64,000 nucleotides of DNA from Candidatus Bathyarchaeum tardum (GTDB taxonomy: Archaea; Thermoproteota; Bathyarchaeia; Bathyarchaeales; Bathyarchaeaceae): NCBI GenBank assembly GCA_024650005.2, contig CP122380.1, forward strand, positions 960,001 through 1,024,000, read 5' to 3'. The first letter of the stretch is position 1; the number at the start of each line of letters is the position of its first letter. Shown here piece by piece: positions 40,422 through 50,353 of this stretch. The notes below the pieces were generated by a model. It did no database searches and had not been told where the DNA came from. It saw nothing but the letters and a program-made list of their open reading frames with translations. The translations under genes and the position numbers were made by a program.

Positions 40422-41335
40422 TCTGGCAATTCTATGCCTAATTGGCGTCTTAGGCTTTTGTATCTGTTACGGACAGTTACTTCAGTTACGCCAGCTGCTT
40501 CAGCAATGTCTTTTTGAGTCTTTTTCTCATTCTTGATCAGGCATGCAATATACAATGCAGCTGCAGCTAATCCCATGGGATCTTTTCCTGCTGCTGCCCG
40601 TTTTCTTCGGGCTTCATGCAAGATTTTGATTGCATGACCTTGGGTCTGACCCGAGATTCCTGTTTTTTCTGCAATCTTAGATACGTATGTTAGTGGGTTT
40701 GCAATAGGCATTTGAACATTTAGTTCCCGCAGTAATAATCGGTAGCATCTTGCAACATCTTTTTTGTCAACAAAGCTTGCTTCGGCGATTTCTCTTAATG
40801 TTCTTGGTGTTCCAGTTGTTCGGCAAGCTGCATATAATGATGCTGCAGCGATTGCTGCAATGGATCGTCCGCGTACTAATCCCTTATCGAGGGCTTTTCG
40901 GTAAATAATGGCTGCTTTTTCTTTGACTGGTCCCGGTATGTATGATTTATCTGAAAGTCGGTCAAGTTCAGCCATAGCTTGGGCGAGATTTCTATCTACT
41001 GAAGAATGAACTCGTGAGCGGATTTGCCATTTTCTAAGTCTCCACATTTGCAGTCTAGTGGATAAAGGCAGTTTTCGACCAAAGGCGTCTCTGTCTACTC
41101 GTCCGATGGCGGTGGATAAGCCTTTGTCGTGAACTGAATAAGAAGTAGGAACTCCTACACGGCTTCTGGATGCTTTTTCTTCTTGGGTGAAAGCTCTCCA
41201 TTCTGGGCCTTTGTCCATCATTTGTTCTCGGACAACTAGGCCGCAGCCTCCGCATATGGTCTCTCCAGTGTCGTAGTCGTGAATAAGGTTAGGACTACTG
41301 CATTCTGGACATTTTTCTGTTCGTCTACGTGACAT
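40418..41335 (-). CDS. tfb: Transcription initiation factor IIB
   Basis: Zn ribbon CPEC...CGGCG, GPEWRAF, two cyclin folds, TEVTVRNRY. Confidence 0.98.
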   Translation of the reverse strand: MSRRRTEKCPECSSPNLIHDYDTGETICGGCGLVVREQMMDKGPEWRAFTQEEKASRSRVGVPTSYSVHDKGLSTAIGRVDRDAFGRKLPLSTRLQMWRLRKWQIRSRVHSSVDRNLAQAMAELDRLSDKSYIPGPVKEKAAIIYRKALDKGLVRGRSIAAIAAASLYAACRTTGTPRTLREIAEASFVDKKDVARCYRLLLRELNVQMPIANPLTYVSKIAEKTGISGQTQGHAIKILHEARRKRAAAGKDPMGLAAAALYIACLIKNEKKTQKDIAEAAGVTEVTVRNRYKSLRRQLGIELPD

Positions 41336-41620
41336 TCCTTCGTTATTTTGTGTGATTGGGTTCGCCTCAGGAGATTTCTGGCGAGAAATCCGTGTAAACG
41401 TAAATCGTTTCCTATTTAAGGCTCAGAAACCGTTTTTTCTGGACCCGCCGTAGATACCCTGAGGTTATGACTTGATATATAAGCGTTACGATTTGTCACA
41501 ACAGATATGGATTATGTCAATAAAAATCTTTACTTAAACCCTTTTTTTCATCATTTTTTTTTCACAACCAAACAATAACAGATTTATTAAAGAATCAAAC
41601 ATTCAACTAAACACAAGTAA

Positions 41621-41696
41621 AGCCCGGTGGTGTAGTGGCCAATCATGGGGGCCTCTGGAGCCCCTGACGGGAGTTCGAATCTCCTCCGGGCTACCA
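41621..41696 (+). tRNA. tRNA-Gln (anticodon CTG)
   Basis: Acceptor AGCCCGG/CCGGGCT (A1-U72), anticodon stem GGGGC/GCCCC with loop CTCTGGA, T-loop GTTCGAAT, encoded CCA, no intron. Confidence 0.96.
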
Positions 41697-41956
41697 TCAT
41701 TTAAGCGTGAATTTATGCCTTTTTTGTTTTTGATTCTTGTATTTCTTTGGTCATTTGCTGCTTTAACGTCATGGCAATTGATCTCCTCCGTTACAATAAT
41801 CCAATTTTTTTAAACCCCGTTTCCAGTTCAACGTCTACCTCCCCTGTTTGCTTGATGCTTGAGAAGCGAAGGTGAACTACGTATTTTGGGGGGCAAGTTA
41901 TGTCCCATAATATTTATGTATTCATCTGATATCTATTGTATACTGGTTGATGTGTA

Positions 41957-42274
41957 TTGCCTCTTAAACCGTTAGCTGTTCGTGTTCCTGTTGAATTGGA
42001 TAAAGGAATTTCCGATATAATAAAAAAAGAAAAGCTGGATAAGGCAACTGTTGTTCGGAATCTTCTTGAAATTGGCATCAATGAATGGAGAAAGCAAACT
42101 GCCTTGGAGCTCCTAAGTGCAGGAAAAGCAACTTTTGCCCAAGCAGCAGACCTTGCAAAGCTTTCTTTGTGGGAATTTGCGGATTTACTGAAACAATGCA
42201 ACATTGAATGGGTAAGGTTTGAACCCGAAGAAATAGAAGAAGAATTCAAGTCAGCAGCGGCGAAACATAGTTGA
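41957..42274 (+). CDS. UPF0175 family antitoxin
   Basis: RHH-like N-terminus and 'GKATFAQAADLAKLSLWEF'; overlaps the PIN gene. Confidence 0.85.
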   Translation: MPLKPLAVRVPVELDKGISDIIKKEKLDKATVVRNLLEIGINEWRKQTALELLSAGKATFAQAADLAKLSLWEFADLLKQCNIEWVRFEPEEIEEEFKSAAAKHS

Positions 42275-42783
42275 AACCGTTAGTTTTCAATTCTACCCCT
42301 CTGATTTACCTGTCTAAAGTAGGATTAAGCGGAATTATTGAAAATCTGCAAGGAGAAAAGATGACTTCTCTGCTGGTTAAAGCTGAAATTGTAGATAAAG
42401 GAAAACATAAAGGTGTTCCAGATGCGATTGTTCTGGAAAAGCTATTTGAAAACTGCGTTTTTAAACTTTGTAATCCCAAAGACAAATTATTCCTTTCACG
42501 TTTGTCCAAGACTCATGGGCTTCATGCCGCTGATGCTGAGATTTTAGCGCTTGCTAAAGAACATGCAGGACTAGCGGTCATCGATGATGAGGTGGCAAGA
42601 AAAACTGCTAAAGTTTACAGAATCAGTTTTGTAGGTACACCATATGTTTTAGCTAGGGCAGTTTTTGAAGGTCTCCTGTCAAAGGAGCAAGCAAAAGCGG
42701 CTTTTATGGGAATGATTTCTTCAGGTTGGCGGTGTAATGTGGAAACTTATTCCAAGATAATTGAGTTAATAGATAAAATGTAA
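42271..42783 (+). CDS. PIN-domain toxin (DUF3368/VapC-like)
   Basis: VFNSTPLI, 'LHAADAEILALA', 'IDDEVAR', 'VGT'. Confidence 0.88.
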   Translation: MKPLVFNSTPLIYLSKVGLSGIIENLQGEKMTSLLVKAEIVDKGKHKGVPDAIVLEKLFENCVFKLCNPKDKLFLSRLSKTHGLHAADAEILALAKEHAGLAVIDDEVARKTAKVYRISFVGTPYVLARAVFEGLLSKEQAKAAFMGMISSGWRCNVETYSKIIELIDKM

Positions 42784-42814
42784 TTAGTATATGATAGCAA
42801 ACAACAGAGGAGAC

Positions 42815-43172
42815 ATAGTGTTCGCTGAAAGGATATTTGTCAAAGGGCAAGAGTACCTTGCCGTCTTGAGATAATTTTTCCCATAAAACGTCAAGATTGT
42901 TCCGAGCGTTCTTGTCTATAGACGGATCAAAGTTAACGAAAAATGAGATCGACGGGTTAAGCTTGAAAAGTATGTCCTGCGCTTATGACCATAAATTGGT
43001 ATCCTGTTAGCTCGAAAGATGCGATGTCTGAATCTCCGGAAGGTGTGCCCTGAAGAGTTATGGTGTTTATGATTTTTGATTCAGGAAATAGAGAAATGTA
43101 AAACTTTGCTGCTTCCTTTGCTTCTTTGTCAAACCATAAGTGGGGAATAATTTTTTGTTTTTCTTCAGCCGT
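42815..43172 (-). pseudogene. Frameshifted, truncated VOC/PhnB-like gene
   Basis: Manual translation gives [19 protein letters not shown]...ISAG, then a shifted frame [11 protein letters not shown]...LWEKLS...KYPFSEHY. The start reads ACG and the C-terminus is lost. Confidence 0.75.
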
Positions 43173-43353
43173 ACGTAATCCTTCTCTTCGAAAACTAAAC
43201 TGGAACTAAGGAACTAGTGGATTTAATCATATGTGGTTGTGTGTCAGCAGTCACAAAATTTTATTAAACAATCTTAATGATACTATCATGTAATATGTTT
43301 AAATCAATACGTTTGAAAAAAGAACTTTGATGTAATTATTAATCTACTTAAAT

Positions 43354-43740
43354 TTGGATCTAATGAATCCATTTTCTTTGGAAGAGGTTATAAAAAAATT
43401 GAAGGACCTTTTAAATAAAAATGTGAAAAAAATCAAATTGCCGATCAAACAAATTGACCTTCAAGGGTATAAAATTGAAAAAGGAATTGGGTTTAAGAAA
43501 CAAGAAACTGAAACAACTAGAAAAGCTAAAACAAATGAAGAACGACCGCCTCGATTTCAGTTAATTATTGTTGGAAAACAAGACGAGGATGTTAAAGTAT
43601 TAGAAGTTAATAAAATTAATTTCGTTTATCTAAAAAATCTTTTAAACAGGGGAAAATCAATTTTTATGACACAAAGACAAACAGGTAATTATAACTCTGA
43701 AATATTCATTGAACCTCATGAATCTGATTTATGGTTTTAG
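43354..43740 (+). CDS. Hypothetical protein
   Basis: 128-aa Lys-rich ORF with no recognised motif. Confidence 0.5.
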   Translation: MDLMNPFSLEEVIKKLKDLLNKNVKKIKLPIKQIDLQGYKIEKGIGFKKQETETTRKAKTNEERPPRFQLIIVGKQDEDVKVLEVNKINFVYLKNLLNRGKSIFMTQRQTGNYNSEIFIEPHESDLWF

Positions 43741-43833
43741 TTTTGCATTTTGCAAAAAAGCATTCTTTTTGTTTACTGGATGATCATTGAACCATTTCTT
43801 CCAAGGCATCAAACATTTTCCTTTTTCCAATTT

Positions 43834-44028
43834 TTAAGATTTTTTGCTTGGAGTATATTTGGTCTTTGGAAACTTAGTTTCTGTTTTTACCTTTTTTTCA
43901 GTATCACATCTTTGATTAATGAAAGCTTCAATCGAGCTTGATAGAAGCTCTTCAGTTGAAATTTCTAAAGTTTCCGTCAATCTTTTTATTTTTTTGTTTA
44001 ATTCTTCTGAAACTGATATGTCTCCCAA
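43834..44028 (-). CDS. Ribbon-helix-helix (CopG-like) protein
   Basis: 'ISVSEEL.KKI..L...LEIS..ELL...I..F' pattern, GGAG upstream, divergent from hsp20. Confidence 0.55.
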   Translation of the reverse strand: MGDISVSEELNKKIKRLTETLEISTEELLSSSIEAFINQRCDTEKKVKTETKFPKTKYTPSKKS

Positions 44029-44193
44029 TACTATAGTCTCCTCAAAATTACCTATAAGTTCAATTTTTAATTATTCTTTAAAAAAAAATAAAAAAACCTG
44101 TGAGTGTATATTTGCAGTCGCATTGTATTAAATTGTTTTTTTGAGATACTATTTTCATCGGGTTTGGAATGAAAAACCTCTAAGTGACTGTAA

Positions 44194-44227
44194 GAAAACT
44201 CGATTTTGATCCTGTCAACGAGTTTTC
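44194..44227. promoter_or_regulatory. Inverted repeat upstream of hsp20
   Basis: GAAAACTCG-N16-CGAGTTTTC. Confidence 0.5.
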
Positions 44228-44256
44228 CACTTATTATATGAGAAGGAGGTGATATT

Positions 44257-44868
44257 TTGTCAGAAAAAGATGATTTATGGAGTGATTGGTTCAGGCAAAG
44301 AAGTTGGTGGCCGTTTACTCGGAGATGGATTTCAGATGATGTAAAAGGAGTTTTTGAGGAAATGGAGGACATAATGGTTAGTAGGTTCAAGGAACTTTCA
44401 GAAAATGCGCCGGAAAATCTTCTAAGGGAACGAACCCTTCCCGATGGAGGGAAAGTGAAAGAATGGGGACCGTTTGTTTATGGTTACAGCATGGTGGTTG
44501 ATGAAGATGGTAGACCGCAAATTAGGGAGTTTGGCAATTTACGGCCTAAGGCCGGTTTTCAAAGGGATAAGCTTGATGTTCAAGAAAAGCGGGAACCATT
44601 AGCTGACGTAATGGTTTCGGATGGTAAAGTACAAATTATAATTGAATTACCTGGGGTTTCAAAAGAAGACATTGATCTGAGGTTAACTCCTAATAGTTTA
44701 ACAATTGCTGTTGACACTCAACGGCGAAAATATTTTAGGAAACTAGAGATGCCTGTTAAAGTTGATCCGAAAACTGCCAAAACTAATTACATAAATGGTG
44801 TTCTGGAAATGAGCGTCAAAGAAACAAAAGAAAAGGAAATTGAAGGTGAAAAATTAGAAATTGAGTAA
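44257..44868 (+). CDS. hsp20: Archaeal small heat shock protein Hsp20
   Basis: GPFVYGYS...P.IREFGN, REPL.DV, ELPGV.KEDI, Y.NGVLE; SD AGGAGGTGA. Confidence 0.93.
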   Translation: MSEKDDLWSDWFRQRSWWPFTRRWISDDVKGVFEEMEDIMVSRFKELSENAPENLLRERTLPDGGKVKEWGPFVYGYSMVVDEDGRPQIREFGNLRPKAGFQRDKLDVQEKREPLADVMVSDGKVQIIIELPGVSKEDIDLRLTPNSLTIAVDTQRRKYFRKLEMPVKVDPKTAKTNYINGVLEMSVKETKEKEIEGEKLEIE

Positions 44869-45047
44869 TCTTTCCTCTTTTTATTGAAAAAAACTAAAGT
44901 TACCTGTGCTTGAAACGATAAACTAGACCAAGTGTTTCTTTGTCTAGATTTATTATGGTAACAGTCTGCAGTTTTCAAATTTTTAGTTGTATGTAGGTTC
45001 ATTATTGGTAAATCATTAAGAAAAAAGATTTGGGATTTGATGTTAAT

Positions 45048-45704
45048 ATGTTTAGTAGCCCCTTGTTTGAGAATCGAAATGAAGCAGGAAAAAAGTTAGC
45101 TCTTAAACTTGAAAAGTTCAAGAATAAACAAATAATCGTTTTGGGTATTCCCCGCGGTGGAGTTGTAATTGGTTACGAGATTGCCAAAAGCTTGCATGCT
45201 GCTTTGGATATTGTAGTTCCAAGAAAATTACGTGCTCCCTCTCGGCCTGAATTAGCAATCGGTGCAATAACTGAAGATGGAACTGTTATTTTAAATCAGC
45301 AACTCGTTAATTCTTTGAAAGTCTCTAACGCTTATATTGAAAAAGAAAGTGACCAGCAAAAGCTAGAGATTGAGCGCCGTTTGCATGCATATAAAGGAAA
45401 ACAAGAAATCGTTGATTTAACTGGATTAACGGTAATAGTAGTTGATGATGGGATAGCTACAGGTTCCACCATGAAAGCAGCTCTTGTTTCTGTTCGCAAA
45501 CGGGGCGCTGAATACGTTGTTTTAGCTGTTCCGGTTGCTTCTTTGAGTTCCATTAAAATGCTTGAAAATGATGCTGATGAAATATTTTATCTAGATGCTC
45601 CTCAAATATTCTATGCCATTGGTCAATTTTATCGCAATTTTGAGCAGGTCAATGACCACGAAGTAAAAAGACTTTTGGAAAAAAATAAAATGGAACTCAG
45701 TTAA
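45048..45704 (+). CDS. Phosphoribosyltransferase family protein
   Basis: F.NR.EAG, PRGG, VVDDGIATGST, AIGQFY..F.Q. Confidence 0.9.
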   Translation: MFSSPLFENRNEAGKKLALKLEKFKNKQIIVLGIPRGGVVIGYEIAKSLHAALDIVVPRKLRAPSRPELAIGAITEDGTVILNQQLVNSLKVSNAYIEKESDQQKLEIERRLHAYKGKQEIVDLTGLTVIVVDDGIATGSTMKAALVSVRKRGAEYVVLAVPVASLSSIKMLENDADEIFYLDAPQIFYAIGQFYRNFEQVNDHEVKRLLEKNKMELS

Positions 45705-45728
45705 ATTTGACGGTCAGGGTGAATTAAT

Positions 45729-46376
45729 ATGTTCAAAGAAAATGAATATGTGAAAATTCCCCTAAATGAACTTGTGTTAGAAGGAAACCTGAATATTCCT
45801 CCAGGTGCAAAAGGGCTTGTTATTTTTGCCCATGGAAGTGGAAGCAGCAGATTTAGTCCAAGAAACAATTTTGTTGCACAAAAACTTCAATCTAACGGTC
45901 TGGCTACCTTGTTAATGGATTTATTGACTCAAGAAGAAGAAAAAGTGGATGTTAAAACTAGACAATTTAGGTTTAATATCAAACTTTTGTCTGAACGACT
46001 TGTTGGGGTCTTGCGTTGGGTTAAAAGTAACGAAAGTACTAAAAGCCTTAAAGTTGGCTATTTTGGTTCCAGTACTGGGGCTGCAGCTGCATTGATTGCA
46101 GCAGCGCTTGAAAAAAATGTGGATGCAATTGTTTCACGGGGTGGAAGAACTGATTTAGCAGGATCTTATTTGCCCCAAGTTGAAGCTCCCACTCTGCTGA
46201 TTGTTGGAAGCAATGATGTTGCAGTGCTGAATCTTAATATAGAAACATTGAACCAACTTAAAACTGAAAAGAAACTTGAAATTATTTCAGGCGCTTCCCA
46301 TCTTTTTGAAGAGCCTGGAACCCTTGAACAAGTAGCTGAACGTTCAGCTGATTGGTTCAAAACATATTTTGACTAA
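45729..46376 (+). CDS. Dienelactone hydrolase-like alpha/beta hydrolase
   Basis: FAHGSGSSRFSPRN, GYFGSSTG, SRGGR, HLFEEPG. Confidence 0.9.
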   Translation: MFKENEYVKIPLNELVLEGNLNIPPGAKGLVIFAHGSGSSRFSPRNNFVAQKLQSNGLATLLMDLLTQEEEKVDVKTRQFRFNIKLLSERLVGVLRWVKSNESTKSLKVGYFGSSTGAAAALIAAALEKNVDAIVSRGGRTDLAGSYLPQVEAPTLLIVGSNDVAVLNLNIETLNQLKTEKKLEIISGASHLFEEPGTLEQVAERSADWFKTYFD

Positions 46377-46456
46377 TCAAAATTTGTCGGTGTTTGTTGG
46401 AACAATATTTGGGAAGAAAAATTGAAAAAGCACCTAAACTAATTTTATAATGGGGA

Positions 46457-46624
46457 ATGATTTTGGGTAAATATTTTGTTAAAGACATGAAAGTTCACAA
46501 GTATCCGCCAAAATGTGAAGTTGAACGCATGGGTGAAAAGATTTACGGCTCCCCGCCCAAAGGGTACGTTAAATGTAAAAAATGTTTCGAGTTGTCTTTT
46601 GATTCAAATCTTATGAAAGAATAA
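46457..46624 (+). CDS. 55-aa His/Cys putative metal-binding microprotein (not in ORF track)
   Basis: MILGKYFVKDMKVHKYPPKC...PKGYVKCKKCF...; H-x5-C plus CxxC. Confidence 0.55.
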   Translation: MILGKYFVKDMKVHKYPPKCEVERMGEKIYGSPPKGYVKCKKCFELSFDSNLMKE

Positions 46625-46747
46625 CCATTTTTTATTCTACTGAATGTTAAGGCATCTAATAAGAAAAGTTTGATTATTTAGCAGGTTAACATAAGTGTTC
46701 ATAACAGTTTTAATTACAAAAAACTATAGTAATTCGGGGAAAAAATT

Positions 46748-47020
46748 TTGTCAATAGCTGAAATAAAAGTTATAGGTGTAGATGAAATTCGAACACATGC
46801 AATAGGGCAAAAAAATTCTATGTTAAAAGTTTATTTTGAGCTGTCAACACCTCCCACAACGGAATGGAAAACGTTTTTTGAAAAAAGAAACATTGGAAAA
46901 ATGGAAGTTGACGGAAGACACATCGTAGTTGAAGCTTTATCCAGTGAAATTCCTGAAAAAATGCTTGAAGCACAAATGGAAGTTGCAAAGACAAATCAAA
47001 AATTTCTTGAACATGTTTAG
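46748..47020 (+). CDS. Hypothetical protein
   Basis: 90-aa ORF containing 'FELS.PP..EW..FF'. Confidence 0.6.
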   Translation: MSIAEIKVIGVDEIRTHAIGQKNSMLKVYFELSTPPTTEWKTFFEKRNIGKMEVDGRHIVVEALSSEIPEKMLEAQMEVAKTNQKFLEHV

Positions 47021-47248
47021 GTGATTTCAGTATTTCATAAAATATTTTGTTCAAGTAATCAGGATGGATAAACTTGGTTTTCAATTTTTGTTTGTCAATC
47101 CATTGAGGACCTGACAAGGTATACATAAAAGAATGTTATAACAAATCTCCATTTTTTCATTTGGTTGGGGGGTTAAAAATTGTGCTGATATTATGGTAAT
47201 TTAATGTGCGAAAAGTGCGTAGCTATGTTTTTGGTTTTTTGATTGTTA

Positions 47249-47473
47249 TCAGGTTTTTTTGTTTGATTTTCGTGAAATAAATGTAAGATATGATACTGAA
47301 ATTATCAAAAAACATGCGTCCAAAATGTTTGGAAATGACGGAAAATAAACCCATTGATTAAAAAAAGTGACAAACTTCAAAGCTATCCCGATTGTTCCAA
47401 AAAGCATTATGATCTGAACACAATCTTTTATCAGATCAGTCCAGTTTTCGTGTATCACGTTCATATCGTTCAC
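47249..47473 (-). CDS. Small two-TM protein
   Basis: Two hydrophobic helices and a basic tail. Confidence 0.45.
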   Translation of the reverse strand: MNDMNVIHENWTDLIKDCVQIIMLFGTIGIALKFVTFFNQWVYFPSFPNILDACFLIISVSYLTFISRKSNKKT

Positions 47474-47558
47474 TGGACTGATGTTTAGTTTTTTTTAAAT
47501 AATAAAATTATGAATAGAAAATATATAGTGAAAATTTATGTTTTTATTCAAACAAGCT

Positions 47559-48209
47559 TTAGTTTATTCTTTTAGCAGTTTCAATGACAATTCCGTTTTG
47601 GCTTAAACTGTACTCTAATCGTCGTGCAGGAACAATAGCACCTTGATTTTTTTTAACAAATAAATACCTAACATGAGAATTTCCCATCCACGACATATTA
47701 AATTCAATAACACCTTCTGCAAAATGCTTGATTGTACTATCAACTTTTTGGTCTTGCATTCCTTCAGTTAATAAAAGCATGTGAAATCTATTAGAGCCAT
47801 TATTTTTTAGGCACATTTGGGTAATTAAATCAATAACTGTTTCCAGTTTATGTTGCAAAATAAGCTCTGAAAGAGAATCAATAATTACAGTTCTTTGTTC
47901 ATCCATTTCACTAATAACTTTGTTTACTAAATTGTTCTCTTTATTGATTTGCAGATTTCTCCAACTTCCATTCTTTTCAAGTTGGTCAACATTAAAGCCG
48001 TAATCTAACATGTTTTTCTTAATATAATTACCATTTGAATTAACAGTAAAGTAAGAAATTTTGTCGTTTACAGCACAATTATAAGCAATTTGCCTAGCAA
48101 AAATTTCGGTTCCAGACCCGGGAATGCCAACAAGTAAAAAGACTGTTGGGGCCAAACCGCCTTTCAAGTACCAATCAAAACTTGTAATACCCGTCTTTAT
48201 AGCCTTCAT
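47559..48209 (-). CDS. KaiC/RAD55-like RecA-fold protein with degenerate Walker A
   Basis: KTGI..FD..L.GG, GIPGSGTE (no Lys), VIIDSL, 'YLFVKK..G'. Confidence 0.8.
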   Translation of the reverse strand: MKAIKTGITSFDWYLKGGLAPTVFLLVGIPGSGTEIFARQIAYNCAVNDKISYFTVNSNGNYIKKNMLDYGFNVDQLEKNGSWRNLQINKENNLVNKVISEMDEQRTVIIDSLSELILQHKLETVIDLITQMCLKNNGSNRFHMLLLTEGMQDQKVDSTIKHFAEGVIEFNMSWMGNSHVRYLFVKKNQGAIVPARRLEYSLSQNGIVIETAKRIN

Positions 48210-48382
48210 CTCATTTCCCTTACTTGGAAATATCCATTGCATTCATTTAGACTTTTTAGATACAAGATAAGTAACATGGTCTCTGCCTTTTTTAATTCGT
48301 TGTCATATTAAATGCTTAGTTGATTTATCTTCAATATTTCTTTACTGAAAATATTTCCATTTTTTATATAGAACACAATTAC

Positions 48383-48438
48383 ATAAACAGCATCCTTGTG
48401 CTGTTAAATAGGACTTTTTGAGGCTTCTTATAATGTTA
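48383..48438 (+). promoter_or_regulatory. Pilus promoter repeat copy 1
   Basis: 45/56 ungapped identity (hand-aligned) to 54324-54379; contains TATA-like TTAAATA. Confidence 0.65.
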
Positions 48439-48646
48439 ATCGTAATGAAGTAAAAGAGAAAAAATGCAATACACAATGTCGCCACAACTCAGCATTGGGC
48501 ATAGACCAAAAGAGCATCAATATAAATCGTCACCTAACACTCAATATCGGTCAAATATGCCGGAATATTCCCATAAAAGGATCTCGTGTTGACCCATTTT
48601 TCTCTTTTTTGTAAACGTTAAAAGAAACATTAAGGAGCTTACACAA

Positions 48647-50353
48647 TTGGATCGTGAAGATAAAACAAAGAGGTCACCCTCTGAAAAAGAGTTGGAAGCT
48701 TCAAAAATAACTAAAGTTAATTTTAAAAATATTGCTAATTTTATGTTGCAACTAAAAAATAGATTGAATCTTACTCCTAAGAAAAACATTGTAAAATCTA
48801 AATTTTATAAAAGAAAATCTTCAAAGATAGTTGCTTCAATTGAGGCAGATAATAATCTTGCAATTCAAGAGGGTACAAATCAAGACGATGTTGTTGAACA
48901 ATATGTTCTAAAAGAACCGTTTGTTTTTGTAAAAATTGTTAAAGAAAAACAAAGAGGCAACCTACTATACAAAATTGAAGAGCCTTCATTGAATGAAAAT
49001 GAAACTCTTGCATTAGCTCGTCTAAAACGAATACTAAACGAAGTTATTGAATTAAAACCCGATGAAATGAATTCAAAAGAAAATGCTGAAACTTACCTCA
49101 AAAAATTAGCCGCTGACATTTTAAATAATTATCATTTCAAAATTTCTGAAGAGCAAAAAGAAAAACTTCTTTACTACATAGTCAGAGACAATCTTGGTTT
49201 TGGAAAAATTGATCCTTTAATGCAAGATGATTTAATTGAAGACATTTCATGTGACGGCGTTAACGTTCCCCTCTATATATGGCACAGACAGTATGAATCA
49301 ATTGTTACTAACTTAAAATTTGATAATATTCCTGAACTAGATTTAATAGCCTTAAGATTAGCCTACATGTGTGGAAGTCATGTTTCAATAGCCCATCCCT
49401 TATTAGATGCTTCTTTACCTGATGGAAGCAGAATAAACTTAACTTTTGGAACAGAAATAACGCGAAAAGGTTCAACATTTACTATTCGAAAATTCAAAGA
49501 AGATCCTTTCACTATTAGTGATTTAATTGATTTTGGAACTTTATCAAAAGAAATGGCAGCCTATCTATGGTATGCTATTGAAAATCGAATATCTATCCTT
49601 GTTGCAGGAGGAATAGCAGCAGGAAAAACAACGTTGCTCAACTGTTTGAGCATGCTCATAAAACCGGACCTAAAAGTTGTGTCAATTGAAGACACTCCTG
49701 AATTAAACTTGCCTCATGAAAACTGGATTCCAGCAGCTACTAGAACCATTTTTGGCAACAAGGAATCTGAAGAAATTACTTTGTTTGATTTGCTAAAAGC
49801 ATCCCTAAGACAAAGGCCTGACTACATAATTGTAGGCGAAATTAGAGGTGAAGAAGCATACACGCTTTTCCAAGCAGTAAGCACAGGCCATCTAGGAATG
49901 TCAACAATACACGCAGAATCTGCCGAGTCTGCAGTTTACAGGCTTGAATCAGCCCCAATGAATATTCCCCGAACCCTAATAGCAGGTATTGACATAATTT
50001 TAGTTCAGAAAAAAGTTGAATTCAAAGGAAAACCTGTTCGAAAAACCGTGGCTGCAACAGAAATTGTAGGTCTAGATCCCCGTTCAGGTGAAATATTAAC
50101 CAACGAAACATATCAATGGAATCCTGTTGAAGACACTTTTGATTTTACTGGTCGAAGTTATATTCTTGAAAATATTGCTGAAAAAAAAGGAATAAAAATA
50201 GAACAAATCCAAGAAGAACTCCAAAACAGAGCAAAACTAATCGAGTGGATGCAAAAAAACCATATTCGAAGACACCGAGATGTGTCAGACATCATTCGTT
50301 ACTACATTTCAAAGCCAGAATTCTTTAAAAATGAGGTTTTAAAAAATGAATAA
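48647..50353 (+). CDS. Type II/IV secretion (type IV pilus assembly) ATPase, FlaI/VirB11 family
   Basis: IEDISCDG, GSTFTIRKF, AGKTT, IEDTPEL, LRQRPDYIIVGEIRG, STIHA. Confidence 0.95.
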   Translation: MDREDKTKRSPSEKELEASKITKVNFKNIANFMLQLKNRLNLTPKKNIVKSKFYKRKSSKIVASIEADNNLAIQEGTNQDDVVEQYVLKEPFVFVKIVKEKQRGNLLYKIEEPSLNENETLALARLKRILNEVIELKPDEMNSKENAETYLKKLAADILNNYHFKISEEQKEKLLYYIVRDNLGFGKIDPLMQDDLIEDISCDGVNVPLYIWHRQYESIVTNLKFDNIPELDLIALRLAYMCGSHVSIAHPLLDASLPDGSRINLTFGTEITRKGSTFTIRKFKEDPFTISDLIDFGTLSKEMAAYLWYAIENRISILVAGGIAAGKTTLLNCLSMLIKPDLKVVSIEDTPELNLPHENWIPAATRTIFGNKESEEITLFDLLKASLRQRPDYIIVGEIRGEEAYTLFQAVSTGHLGMSTIHAESAESAVYRLESAPMNIPRTLIAGIDIILVQKKVEFKGKPVRKTVAATEIVGLDPRSGEILTNETYQWNPVEDTFDFTGRSYILENIAEKKGIKIEQIQEELQNRAKLIEWMQKNHIRRHRDVSDIIRYYISKPEFFKNEVLKNE

